From contig OZ076409.1 of the NCBI GenBank assembly GCA_964187785.1, positions 34,288,001 to 34,352,000 of the forward strand: DNA of 64,000 nt. Direction: 5' to 3'. The notes below the pieces were generated by a model. It searched no databases. It was not told the DNA's origin and saw only the letters and a program-made list of their open reading frames with translations. This document shows positions 51,016 through 64,000 of the stretch, piece after piece; the first letter of the stretch is position 1; every line of letters begins with the position of its first letter. Position numbers and translations under genes: made by a program. This DNA comes from Amphiscolops sp. MND2022 (lineage: Eukaryota).

Positions 51016-52500
51016 TTATATATGAACATTACAGACAGTTTGTACCACCAGAAAAATAAAGGATTTCAAGTGATTACTAGACATTCGCAAAAAACCTTAA
51101 AATTTCATTTTGAAATGTTTCTTTTAAAATTAGCAATATTCAAAACCAGAAGAAAGTCCTTTGGCTTTTGTTAAAGTAATCCTTGGCGTTTTTTTGGACT
51201 CTAAGTTACTTTTACTAAATTGCAATAACTCCAAAGTAAAAGCATCTTTTAACGGCCATATTTGCTATACGAAGTCGATTTGTGCAGGATCGAAAAGTTT
51301 GCAACATTAACTAGGATTGAATTGTAACTAGATTTATCTAGAATCAATAGATGCATTTAATTTGCAAATTTTTCTTTATATTTCTTTCCGGGCTCAAGCA
51401 AACTAGCTGGAACGGACCAGTGTACTGGCGCAAAAGGCTCAAAAAGCGCAAGGTCTTTTCATCAAAAATATTAGCATACAAGTTAAACTCAGTGCAGAAA
51501 AATCCAAGAATGAAATCTTGTCTCATCTAGTTCAACAGTTCACTAAAATTGATAAAATAACTAAATGCAGATACAAATGCACCAACAAAAACCGCAAAAA
51601 TGAACTACATGTGATATGAATGCCGGACTTTTTTTATTTATAAAATTTGAATTTATAAAGTTTTGAATAATTTTGAGGCTTTTGAAACTATCAATTCGAA
51701 GTATGGAGGAGCTACTAAAGTTGTCATTAAAAGAAAATAGTTACCGAAATGTTACTTGAATTCTTTGAAAATAAAACAGGAAGGTAGAACTGAATGATTT
51801 AAATTTCTAGTTGATGATAATATTGTTGAATCATTTGTATTCTTGTTTTCATTCATTTAAAAATTTAAATTTCTCATTGAATTATATTCACAAGCAAAAC
51901 TTCAGAACTAATTAGTTGCAAAAAGTTTAAATTAACATATTTCTTACTTGAAATTACTTTAGCATTTAAAATTAATTTTTCATTTGCAACCCAAATGTTA
52001 AAAAATGAGCTGCAGTTCAAAGAGCATAGCATCTGGAGGATCGATTAAAAATGGAAAAAAAAGGAACGAATTGGAAAATTGTCAATTTTTTCTGAAGCTG
52101 TGATATTCGAATTGACGAGAGTTTTGCCAGAAGACTGGAAGAAAAATAATTAAATGCCTTTCTTTTTGCACCTCCTTAAAAGTTGAGATCCAAGTCTCCC
52201 AGTGTTTTGCTATGAAAAACATGCGTTTACATATATGGCCTGTTTCTTCCATGTGAGTCATGCATGTAATCGCAAGATCTATTATGACATTAATGAAGGG
52301 CTTTTTTCATTTCTCATTGTTTCTGTTTCTTGATGAATCTTTTACACCTTCTAATTTACGAAAATTTTTGAAACTAGAAGTGATAGATGACTAAAAACTT
52401 CAATGACTTCTTCAGCTTCCAAGCCACACACTAAAAACATTGTGCAAATGACCAGTTTATTGGCAGTAGCATCTAGCATTCCATGAAAACAAGAGGCGCA

Positions 52501-55500
52501 GTGGCACGGCGACATTTTTGTGTATCCTGTTAGAAAGCCTTTGGATAAAAAAACAGCTACCTTGCAGCCTCAATTGCTTGACAAAAAACATCGGAATACT
52601 TTCAGAGATGGAAGTCTCTACTAGTCTGAAAACTAGTTTATGCACTTATGCATAGGGAACCTAAATGAAAAATCGAGAAAATTATTTCTCTTTCCATTGT
52701 CCTCGTAAAATCTTATAAACTTTGTAAATTTTTACAAAGTTTATAGGATTTTACGAGGACAATGGAAAATGAAATAATTTTCTCGATTTTCCATCTCTCA
52801 AAGTATTCCGATGTTTTTTGTCAAGCAATTGAGGCTGCAAGGTAGCTGTTTTTTTATCGAAGAAATTTCCACGATGAAATTTCTGGCGACGAAATTTCCG
52901 CCTCCTGCATTCAGAAATGCTACAGGGTTAAAGAGTAAAAATATCCTGAATATGAACGGTATATACAGTTCATATTTAGGATATTTTTACTCTTTAACCC
53001 TGTAGCATTTCTGAATGCGGGAGGCGGAAATTTCGTCGTCAGAAATTTCATCGTGGGAAATTTCGTTGTAATAGCAAATCGTGAAATTTTGTCGTCGAAA
53101 ATTTTGTCGTATTGATTAGAATCAAATGCGCTCACGAAAAAAAAATCATTTGAATTCTTCAATTATTTTTTTAATAAAATGTAATTCAAAAAAAGAATTG
53201 CATTAAATCAACTCATCAAAACGCTTATTGAGCAATTGTATATTCTCGGTTCTACCGGTGGAACTACCAACGGGGCTTTACAATACAATTTAAGCTTGTT
53301 TCAGGGGCGAATTTCTGCCTTTTTTCTCAAAAAATTATCAAAAATCCTAGTAATTTTTGCTTTAAGCATCGAAACAACTTCGTGTTGGGGGACTAACAAA
53401 CAAGGTGTACTTGGGGAGGTGTACTTGGTTGTTTCTAAGCATGATCCGAAACTTTTTCTCTGAAAACTTAACCAAAAGTAATCAAGGATAGCAATAATTG
53501 CACAATTTTTGATAAATATCAAGATAATCAACAAGAATCGATACTTATTGGAACTCAATAATAAAACGATTCCTAATAGATTAGAGGAAACGCAACGGTT
53601 TATAGAACTTATGACCGACGACGAAATTTCTGGCGACGAAATTTCCGACGACGAAACCACTGGTATTCCCCAATGCACTTTAGATCGTAGACTAATTCTG
53701 TTCAAAAACTTCAGTTTTTTTTCTCCAGAAAAGATGCACAGTGGCAAAAAAACGAATGACTTTCTCAAGATTGTTTTCTGAAGAGTCTCTCATTAATCCC
53801 ACACTAAGACAAACAGCCGAAAAGATTGTAGGTTTCTTTTTTGGACATTCTGCATGCCTACTCAAAAAAATTAGACTTTTACAATATTACGAAATTTTGG
53901 TAATTTTGAGTAGAGTATCACTAATTTGTCAAACAATTGCCAAAAAACTACTTAACAACGCATTCGTTCGCTTTTGAGGGTTTTTCTTCTTCCAACCATG
54001 GAAACTTCTCAAAAAATTCGGAACTTTGCATAAGAAACGTTGAATTTAGACTTTTTATATAGGACTAATCAGGGCCACTTTGGAAGTAATTTTGAAGTGG
54101 CACGGCGACATTTTTGTGTATCCTGCTAGAAAGCCTTTGGATAAAAAAACAGCTACCTTGCAGCCTCAATTGCTTGACAAAAAACATCGGAATACTTTCA
54201 GAGATGGAAGTCTCTACTAGTCTGAAAACTAGTTTATGCACTTATGCATAGGGAACCTAAATGAAAAATCGAGAAAATTATTTCTCTTTCCATTGTCCTC
54301 GTAAAATCCTATAAACTTTGTAAATATTTACAAAGTTTATAGGATTTTACGAGGACAATGGAAAATGAAATAATTTTCTCGATTTTCCATCTCTCAAAGT
54401 ATTCTGATGTTTTTTGTCAAGCAATTGAGGCTGCAAGGTAGCTGTTTTTTTTATCGACAAAATTTCCGCGATGAAATTTCTGACGACGAAGTTTCTGGCG
54501 ACGAAATTTCCGCCTCCTGCATTCAGAAATGCTACAGGGTTAAAGAGTAAAACTATCCTAAATATGAACGGTATATACAGTTCATATTTAGGATATTTTT
54601 ACTCTTTAACCCTGTAGCATTTCTGAATGCGGGAGGCGGAAATTTCGTCGTCAGAAATTTCATCGTGGGACATTTCGTTGTAATAGCAAATCCTGAAACT
54701 TCGTCGTCGAAAATTTTGTCGTATTGATTAGAATCAAATGCGCTCACGAAAAAAAAATCATTTGAATTCTTCAATTATTTATTTAATAAAATGTAATTCA
54801 AAAAGTGAATTGCATTAAATCAACTCATCAAAACGCTTATTGAGCATTTGTATATTCTCGGTTCTACCGGTGGAACTACTTACCGGGGCTTTACAATACA
54901 ATTTAAGCTTGTTTCAGGGGCAAATTTCTGCCTTTTTTCTCAAAAAATTATCAAAAATCCTGGTAATTTTTGCTTTAAGCATCGAAACAACTTCGTGTTG
55001 GGGGACTAACAAACAAGGTGTACTTGGGGAGGTGTACTTGGTTGTTTCTAAGCATGATCCGAAACTTTTTCTCTGAAAATCTTAACCAAAAGTAATCAAG
55101 GATAGCAATAATTGCACAATTTTTGATAAATATCAAGATAATCAACAAGAATCGATACTTATTGGAACTCAATAATAAAACGATTCCTAATAGATTAGAG
55201 AAAACGCAACGGTTTATAGAACTTATCACCGACGACGAAATTTCTGGCGACGAAATTTCCGACGACGAAACCACTGGTATTCCCCAATGCACTTTAGATC
55301 GTAGACTAATTCTGTTCAAAAACTTCAGTTTTTTTTCTCCAGAAAAGATGCACAGTGGCAAAAAAACGAATGACTTTCTCAAGATTGTTTTTTGAAGAGT
55401 CTCTCATTAATCCCACACTAAGACAAACAGCCGAAAAGATTGTAGATTTCTTTTTTGGACATTCTGCATGCCTACTCAAAAAAAATAGATTTTTACAATA

Positions 55501-55712
55501 TTACGAAATTTTGGTAATTTTGAATAGAGTATCACTAATTTGTCAAACAATTGCCAAAAAACTACTGAACAATGCATTCGTTCGCTTTTGAGGGTTTTTC
55601 TTCTTCCAACGACGGGAAACTTCTCAAAAAATTCGGAACTTTGCATAAGAAACGTTGAATTTAGACTTTTTATATAGGACTAATCAGGGCCACTTTGGAA
55701 GTACTTTTGAAG
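52501..55712 (+). repeat. Tandem duplication of ~1.6 kb (52501-54096, 54097-55712) containing two long palindromes per unit
   Basis: GTGGCACGGCGACATTTTTG at 52501 and 54097; palindromes at 52544-52858 and 52862-53063 recur in unit 2; GACGAAATTT motif clusters. Confidence 0.93.
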
Positions 55713-58318
55713 CTAAAAACTACAACTCTCTTCAAAATAGCATACTGCATAGCTAGTTTCATCGTTTTTGAGTGTTTGGAACTTTCTTGATCAGAGAAAC
55801 TTTCAAAAATTGAACACAAACTGCAGGAAAAACGACGAACTTGAAAAATTTCTGATGTAAAACACTGTAATTTTCTCAGCAGAAAGGAAGCTACAAACCT
55901 GATTCTTTCACCTCGGAATGTTTGAATCGTCTAACTCACCACTATTCTCAAAAATGATACTCAAATAACATGAAGAACATACATAAACTGGAATTTTTAG
56001 GACTTTTTGACAATTTTTGTTTGAAATTAAAGCTTAATTTTTTATCAGAAACTGGCACATATCCCATCAAAAAGCTTGCAAGAGAACGCCTTCATTTGTT
56101 GTTGAAGCGTTTCAGAGTTTTGATCCATGAAAAGGTTGAAGTTTTCACAAAAGTTGCGTTGGAAAATACAAAAATGTTTTTAAAAAATAAGATTTGTTGA
56201 CTGTTTCGTGGTCCTTTTTGGAATTTTTATTTTACAAAACTGCATTTATCTCCGCAAACAACCCTAATGGACAACAAAATCATTCGCTGTTGATCGTTTT
56301 TAACGTTTTGATCCACGAAATCTCTAGAAATTTGACAAAAGTTGCATAAAAAGGTGAAAAATTGGTACATTTTGAAGTTTTAGTCGTTTTTGGTCGCAAA
56401 TTGTACGTTTTTGTCAGAAGAAAACTTTGTCTACTTCTTAACAAAAGCTTCTCTGACAACAAATTTGTTCCTTGTTGAACATCGTCATTATTCTAAGCCA
56501 CCAAGTTTTTCGAAAAGTACATAAAAACTGCATAAAATTTTCAAAAACCTGAATTTTTTGGTATTTTTGTCAATTTCGGTCTGAATTTGATGCATTTTTC
56601 CAGCACAAATTGCATTTACCTCTTCAAAAAAGCCCCCGGACAATAAATTGTTTCCTTGTTGAACGTCTGTGAGATTCTAAGCTACCAAGTTCTTGGAAAA
56701 ATACACAAAAATTGAATGAAATTTTCAAACATCTGAACTTTTCAGTTTTTTTTGTCAATTTCGGTGCGATTTTGATGCATTTTTCCAGCACAAATTGCTT
56801 TTGCCTCTTCAAAAAAGCCCCTTAGACAACGAATTTTTTCCTTTTTGAACGTCTGTGGGATTCTAACCGACAAAATTTTTAGAAAAATACACAAAAATTG
56901 ATTAAAATTTTCAAAAATTTGAATTTTTTAGTTTTTTCTTGTTCTTGTCAATTTTGGTCTGAATTTGATGCATTTTTTCAACACCAATTGCTTTTATCTC
57001 TTTAAAGAAGCACCCACGACAACGAATTTGTTCCTTACTGAACGTCTTTAACCTTTTAAGCCACCAAGTTTTTCGAAGTTTACAAAAACTGCAAAAAATT
57101 TTCAAAAATTTGATTTTTTTGTTTTTTTTTGTCAATTTCGGTCTGAATTTGATGCATTTTTTCAACACCAATTGCTTTTATCTCTTCAAAGAAGCCTCCC
57201 GGACAACGAAGTTTTTCCTTGTTTAACGTCTTTGACATTCTAAGCTACCAATTCTTTCGAAAAACAGACAAAGTTGCATAAAATTTTCAAAAATCTGAAT
57301 TTCCAAGTATTTTTGTCAATTTCGGTCTGAATTTGATGCATTTTCTCTAGCAAAAATTGCTTTTATATCTTCAAAAAGGCCTCTGGGGCAATTTTCTCTC
57401 CTTTCGAACGTCTTTTACATTCTAATTTTTTTCCTTTCGAACGTCTTTGACATTCTAAGCTTCCAAGTCATTCGAAAAATAGACAAAAACTGCATGAAAT
57501 TTTCAAAAATCTGAATTTCCAAGTATTTTTGTCAGTTTCTGTCTGAATTTGATGCATTTTTTCTAGCAGAAATTGCTTTTTTATCTTCAAATAAGCCTCT
57601 GGGGCAATTTTCTCTCCTTTCGAACGTCTTTGACATTCTAATTTTTTTCCTTTCGAACGTCTTTGACATTCTAAGCTACCAAGTCATTCGAAAAAAAGAC
57701 AAAAACTGCATGAAATTTTCAAAAATCTGAAGTTTCTGAGATTTTTGTTAATAATTTTCGGTCTGAATTTGAGGAATTTTTACTAATCAAATTGCATTTA
57801 TAACTTCGACGACGCCTCTTGGACAACAAAAGTTTTCCTTGTTGAATGTTTTTAACTTTCTAAGCTAGCAAGTGTATCAAAAATTTGACAAAATTGGCAA
57901 AAAAACGGTATTAATTCGAACTTTTTGGAAGTTTTTTCAATTTCGATTGCAATTTGAGGCATTTTTTCTTTGTAAAGTTGCATCTATTTCTTTGAAAAAG
58001 CCTCTTGGACAACGAATTTTTTTTTGTTTCAACATTCAAAGCCACGAAATCTATCGAAAATTTGACAAAAATTGCATAAAAACGGTAAAAATCGGAAAAC
58101 TTTGTAGTTTTTCTTATTTTCGGGTCTTTCTGGGGTCTTCGGGGTCAACCAAAAAAGTCCAAAAATCTCCACAAATACATACCGCGTGATGCTAATTTTA
58201 CATCTATGGGTGAAACCCTTTAGCTTTGATATTAATAATTTCTTGGCAAATTTTGTAAAAAAAAGCCCGTTTGATTAAAATATTTTCATTTTCCATATGA
58301 AATATGGACGGAAAATAA
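55400..58318 (-). mobile_element. Family B Helentron-like element (GTCC subfamily), inverted, 3' end lost or rearranged
   Basis: GGACGGAAAATAA at 58306-58318 is the reverse complement of the 42209 start; ~180-bp units at 56450-58100; left boundary approximate. Confidence 0.78.
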
Positions 58319-60310
58319 TAGAACACCAAAGATTACGGTGTTAAAAATCTTTTTGGGGAAATTTTTGAGTTTTTGAATTTTTTAAAAATGAATCGCACAG
58401 TGCCTAAAAACCCGAAGGGGGCTCTGAGTTTGCAAAAGGTTTTCAATGGCAAAAATTTCAAGAATTTTGAACGATGATCTTCTGGTTTAAACCTTTTTGG
58501 GAAAGTCTCTGAGTGTCGAAAAAAAGGATACTGGTATCCTTTCTATCTTTGACAGCTTTAAAATAATTTCAGTCCAATGCGGGACTCGAACCCTTTAACT
58601 CCTGCCTCTGATACCTTGTCACCAGAAATGAAATCGGCCTAAAAGCAAGGCCTAGTGAAAAGCGGAAAATAATGTCTTTGATGAAATTTTTGAAACAATA
58701 ACTATGCAAATTACTGATGACCCTTTTATTTTTGATTTCATCAAAAAACTATGTTTTTTAGACTTTTGATTCCAGTGTAATTTTTCTGCGATTTGCTTTC
58801 ATAAGAACGATTTAAATCATTCGAAAATGAACATGCTTCAGTTTTGGTTGTTAGGGTTCAAGTAGTTAAACCCCAATTAACCCAGTGGTACTTTGAAGCA
58901 CCATCCTTTTTTTTCAATTTGTGATTCGTTTTTGCCAGTAGACCATATTCTATAGCACAGTTTTTTGACAGACAATTCATTGGAAACGATTGAGTTGAAT
59001 GGTACAAGCATTAGAAAAGTGAATATGTCTTCATAACTGCGAAAAATGTTTTTTTTTGCACAAAAATTGATAAGACTTTTTCAAAACTCCGTTTTTGGCG
59101 AAATCCAGTTTTCTCAAGTCTTTGACCCAGAGAAAAAAGCAACCCCACACCCTTCCACAACAAGTTTTCGTTGAACAAACCCCAATAATATGCTGGTGTT
59201 AATACAATCCCTCGCACAGCAGCGAAACCGGAAAAAGAAACTGCAATTCTGAGAAATGGGGCGCGCGGCGACAGGGACTCACCTGACCAGAATAAAATCC
59301 CATTACTAGGCCTTTCAAACGCGTTATAATTCATTTTTTTTTGGTATGGCGCACTCGGTTTTTTGTCGGGAGCTGAAACTGGAATGTCACATTTTGTTTG
59401 CTGACCCAGTTATATTCAAATGACCTAAAAGATCTGAAATACTCGAATGTTAGAATGAAAATTTTTGTAAAAATATAAAAGCATGTTTCAAAGTGTTTCA
59501 ATTTCATGAATTTCGAATTGGTGTCGTAAGAGAGCTAATTTTATAAGCGCCAGTTTATACAGCTTGATTTTCTTAAGATTCAGAATCACTTCGAAATTAA
59601 AATATCTGAGGCTTCAGTGCGATGGAATCGGTCATCTGAGTTGAAAACTATTCGAAATTTTAACAAAATAGCTTAAAGTAACAAAAAGATCATTTTGGAA
59701 TTACATTTGGTTTAATATGGCCATTCCGAAATTGCTACTTTACAAAATGGAAAAAAATCCAAGAATAGTTCACTTCTATCATTCTTTGAACTTTTCTGCC
59801 GTTTATGAGATTTGCCTATATTATGCTTCGTTTAATATCACTATTGCAGTAATGTTAAAGTCTTGAAAATATTAGATGTTCACCTTTTGTTGCAGAAGAA
59901 ACAATAGAATGAAAAATGCATGATATTCATCTTTTATAGAACGCTAAAAACAAAAACATCCATGTACACATTTACATTGATATTTACAAATTGCATTCAT
60001 CTTTTTTTATTAAAAAGACAGCAGTTAGTAAATGACGTCATCAAATTATCATATAAGGAAAGCATGTAATGATGTAACATAACAGAGTACGAAGATGACG
60101 TAATCAGGTTCCAGAAAAACGGTAAGAGGCAAGTTTGGAATTAATAGTGAAAGAAATAGAAATTTAAATTGTTCAAATTTACGAAATCAATCTAAGGCTC
60201 GCATCCGTCCATAAATTGGGCTTAAGGGTCGTCCTTATAGGTGAAAACTATATTCGATGATTATTGGCTTTTCCTTCGCCCTTTAGGGGTATTTGTTGAG
60301 GATGATGGCC

Positions 60311-63300
60311 CTATTTGTTCATGACGTCATACTGGGCCCTGTACCTGTCGGCTTCTGCCTGCATCTGAACTTCTCGCACTTTGTTCTTCCAGTAATCAGT
60401 AGACTGTTGCAGCTGAACAGATAGCTGAAACATTGCAATGTTTTTTTTAGAGGTTGCATCGAAAATCCATTGATTTGTTTGAAGAAAATTGAAATACTTA
60501 CAACTTGAAGAAATCGCAATGAGATTTAGAATTTGTCATTTTGTTCCCTAAAGTTGTGCTTTCGTAATAAGTTACATTGTAAGCGGCTTGACTTAACAAT
60601 CGGTGGCGTGATAATCGGTAGCGTTATAAACGGCTTAGACTGCACTAAGAAGAAAGAAGTTTTCCCTAAACTTTGTCACCGAGAATCCAACGTTTCATTT
60701 TCCTATTTAAACGTTGTTTCAATGTCCGTGACGGTTCGATATATGTCCGAAGAGCAAACCCTCACCTCGCCAACGCGGGAAATCCAATAACTTTTGTCTA
60801 AATCTGATTGGTCGCCAACTCCTGCCTTCTCCAGCTCCTTGTTGATTGTGCTCTGCAAAACATGCAAGAAACATTAAAAATTTCCAAAACACACCTTTTC
60901 AGCAGCAAATGATTGTCTAAACCATTTAAATTGTCTTTTCTACACACTTTAATGAAATAAACTTGGGAAGTGAAGTCCCATCTTTAAATAGTACTTGAAG
61001 GACTATTGGTGTGTAAAAAATTTTCAACAAAAGTGAAAGAAAAGAATAAACGTCCTGAAGCACTCGAAAGAAATCAGGCATCTTAGGAATGATTACCGTA
61101 TGTCTTCGAATAGAAACCGCGGCTTGTAAATTGATTTTTTTTTCAAAAGATATTTGCGATTTACATTTGAGGGCAGCTTTCATTGTCGCAAGGCTCATTT
61201 TGAAATGTGATTATAATGGAGCAGCCATCCCTGAGCTTTCAAGTGACTTGCTTTCTGTTCAGTGTAAATAATGCAACGAAACTAGCGAGACGACTTTAAA
61301 TTTCGTCTTTCACAGAAGAAACTACTATGAAATAGGGGCATCGGTTCTTTTTTAAACGCGATTCCGATAAAGGACTAGATTCCAGTAGAGCCTGCCGTTT
61401 TTATTTAGGTCAGCTTCAAAAACTTTCAAAGCCCAAATGCGGCCTGTCTATTCGAGGAGATACGGTATGCAAAAATCCAAATTTGCAACAGCACCGGTTT
61501 CTCTGGTTCTACCTTTCGTAAGCTGATAGTTTTTTCCTTGAAATTTTTTGTATAGGCTGCATCCCAGAGCAACTCGGGGCATTTATGATTCCAGACTGGT
61601 CATTTTATGGTTCATAGAAGTTTATGACTCCAAGTTGATAGTATGGGCCATATATGATTACAACTTAATCATAGAAAGATCACGGAATACTTGCATGATT
61701 TGAATGGCGCCATATATGGCCCAGACTCAGGGTTGTCAAAAAAACGTTTTTTATCTAAAAAAAACAATTATACATGTTTTTTATCGAAAAAAACTAGTTT
61801 TTTTGTATTTTATGTTTTTTTATTTTTCAGCGACACATAGAACATAAGCATCACAAAATGAAGCAATTCATTCAAGCTGAGTTCAGTTGCCGGTAGAGAA
61901 AGGCCATTTTGCCGGCTTTTTGGGCGTCCAAATTGCTTCGAAGCTTGCCAGTGGCACAATATCTTCGAAACAATCCTGACATTGCACTCTGGTTCTTCCA
62001 TCAGTTTCAATTTTTTTGAAAAAGAGCCAAATTTGGTCTTTTTTCGACCCATTTCAACCTGAAAAAGATGATTGCACGTAAATTGTTTTAAACAATGTTT
62101 TTTATGGGTGTTTTAAAACATGTTTTATTGGTATGTGTTTTAAAACATGTTTTAAAACATGACAACCTTGCCCAGACTATTGTCAGCTTTGTTGGAAATC
62201 ACCAAACAGCTACGAATTAACAAGCTAAATTTGAAGTAAAGTGAAAAGGTCGCAACGCATGCAAGATTTCTTGGCTTTTCTCTCGAAAAGGAGTTTATGT
62301 GAAAAAAAAACAAATGAAAACCAGCAAACTGTGCTGAAAACTAAAGGAAATGGAACTCCGTAGAAAGATAGTGGGTCTCACGGCTAAACATGAGAATGAA
62401 AAAATGTAGTGGCATTTTGAGTTTCTCTGATGACGTCATGTACTCACTTTGTACAGTTCGAAAGAAGAACTGGAGTGAATTAGGTTGTTGCCATAGTTAT
62501 GCAACTGTTGGTTCAACTGATGTTGATGGAGGTTGTTGTTATGCAACACCAAAAGCGGTGACGCAATCTATCAAGCAACAGTTATCACATAACCAAAATA
62601 TCGCGAGCTTGGTCCAATTTCTGGATGTAAGATTCAGTCAAATTTGCTTAACAGATATAATTTTTCGAGTGAAATTGTTGTTAGCGACAATGCGTGGAAA
62701 CGAGTTTGAATGGATGGGACTTGATAATAAGTTGTTAGTACGCGATGTTTTTATTATTTGAGCTCCATTGTACTTCGGAGCAAAAGTTTTCCAAATGTTA
62801 TTGAAAGTTACTGTTTCAATTTCATCTCAATTGAAACCGTGTCAATGTCATTTTGGTATAGAAGTCAACTCTCAGAATGCACAATTATCATAATTTTTAT
62901 AAAATGGTGGATAATTTTTTGCAGATAACCAAGGTTTCAAAAGTCATTAAACGTTTTTTAAAATCAAGTTGAAGCTAGTAGGTCTTGTCATCAATTATGC
63001 TATGTGAGTTGTTATATTAGCCCAAAAATTGAGATTTTTGTTTTCAAATGAATTTTATAGATACTTCTTCGCGGTCGTGTTATCAAACAAACTTTTGTTA
63101 CCTTGTCACATGATTTGTGAGATCTGGATGACTTGTTGTGTGCAGAAGATGTGTGATGAGATTCAGGGTAGAGCTGCTTCAGTTTCAGCGAGTCCAACTG
63201 CCCCCTGAGTTCACTGACGGCCTACATGTCAACAAAGCAACCAACTCACTACTTAAAATGTGGAACAAACAAACAACAGATATTTCCGCTCTGAATTATT

Positions 63301-64000
63301 TTAGCAACAGTTAGCAACATTTAGGGGTGTTAAACCGAGTGCTAAACCCAACAAAAAATCAAAAAGTTGAAAATGTTCATATTTTGGCTCATTTTGAACA
63401 CACATTTCTTTGAAAATTAGATATCTATATTGGAAAATTATACTCATGAGCTAATTAGTTTTGGTCGTTGAATTTGTTTGAATATTCATTCCGACCAACG
63501 TTTTCAAAAACAAAACTTGCTTGAAAAGCTTAAAAAAGTGGAAAAAATCATCAAATCAATTATGTTTTTCAAGAAAAATTCAGATATCTCTACTATTGCA
63601 AATGCTACAAACTTAATTTTTTCGTCTTTTATCGTTGTGGAAAGAGCTATATTTCTTGAAAATAGTATTATACTATGGCATAATTAGTAAAAACCGACGG
63701 TTGAGAGGTTAGTTTGTTTCCGTATATGACATTTGGGTGGGAAAACGATGAGAATGAAGATGAATCTAACATTATGTTTGGTTTCTAGCTGGTATTGAAG
63801 CATGTTTTTGTCCGACATTTCTTTGTCAAGGGCCGATTTGAGCTTCAAGTTTTCCTTGTTCATGTTGTTCAGCTGGAACAGACAACACATGAGATAGATC
63901 GTAGGTTCAAGAAACATAACAGTGATCACGTGATGAGATTGGAACCAACCTGTTGATTGAGTTGCTGGATGGTAGTGACGTTGCTCTTCAGCCTGGCATG
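60311..64000 (-). CDS. 3' part of a multi-exon coiled-coil protein gene (exons 63950-64000 partial, 63771-63872, 63102-63221, 60766-60852, 60311-60424)
   Basis: Four GT-AG introns, all phase 0, join into an open frame HARLKSNVTTIQQLNQQ-LNNMNKENLKLKSALDKE...-AVSELRGQLDSLKLK...-STINKELEK...YWISRVGE-LSVQLQQSTDYWKNKVREVQMQAEADRYRAQYDVMNK*. Confidence 0.85.
61096..61465. mobile_element. Tc1/mariner-pogo-type MITE, TA TSD, intronic
   Basis: TA|CCGTATGTCTTCGAATAGA ... TCTATTCGAGGAGATACGG|TA imperfect TIRs. Confidence 0.8.
61728..62170 (-). mobile_element. Internally deleted hAT transposon, 8-bp TSD CCCAGACT, intronic
   Basis: TIR CAGGGTTGTCA / TGACAACCTTG; perfect 8-bp TSD at 61720-61727 and 62171-62178; minus-strand BED-finger start MGRKK-DQIWLFFKKIETDGRTRVQCQDC (one frameshift) joined to an LSLPAT remnant. 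Confidence 0.9.

Noticed and set aside
53509..53781. Duplicated 90-aa ORF with DDEISGDEISDDE (also 55123-55395)
   Set aside because: The peptide repeat is a translation of the GACGAAATTT DNA motif, the start is TTG, and the duplication is explained by the tandem repeat.
62390..62850. 123-aa ORF or second transposase relic in the intron
   Set aside because: No motif I can support on either strand.

Overview
AT-rich, intron-containing animal genomic DNA (probably an invertebrate; the taxon cannot be fixed from sequence alone), mostly transposon-derived. Host genes: the last exon of a UDP-glycosyltransferase (+, 1595-2069); three minus-strand trypsin-fold genes that all lack an intact catalytic triad (one decayed, one with a frameshift, one intact); and the last five exons of a coiled-coil gene (-, 60311-64000). 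Mobile DNA: a very young full-length Ty3/gypsy (Mag-like) LTR retrotransposon (3038-8976; apparently identical 221-bp LTRs, 5-bp TSD, WLDD RT motif, two frameshifts) and older relics of the same group; LINE and Tc1 fossils; EnSpm-, hAT- and pogo/mariner-type MITEs; two families of Helentron-like non-autonomous elements, one carrying ~185-bp tandem arrays with co-varying subterminal inverted repeats; long palindromes; and two tandem duplications. The most unusual observation is a nested pair of related ~0.73-0.75-kb non-coding elements (12302-13777 and 12600-13323) with LTR-like TGTAA...TTACA ends, each flanked by a 3-bp target duplication. All coordinates and alignments were read by eye; no searches were run.
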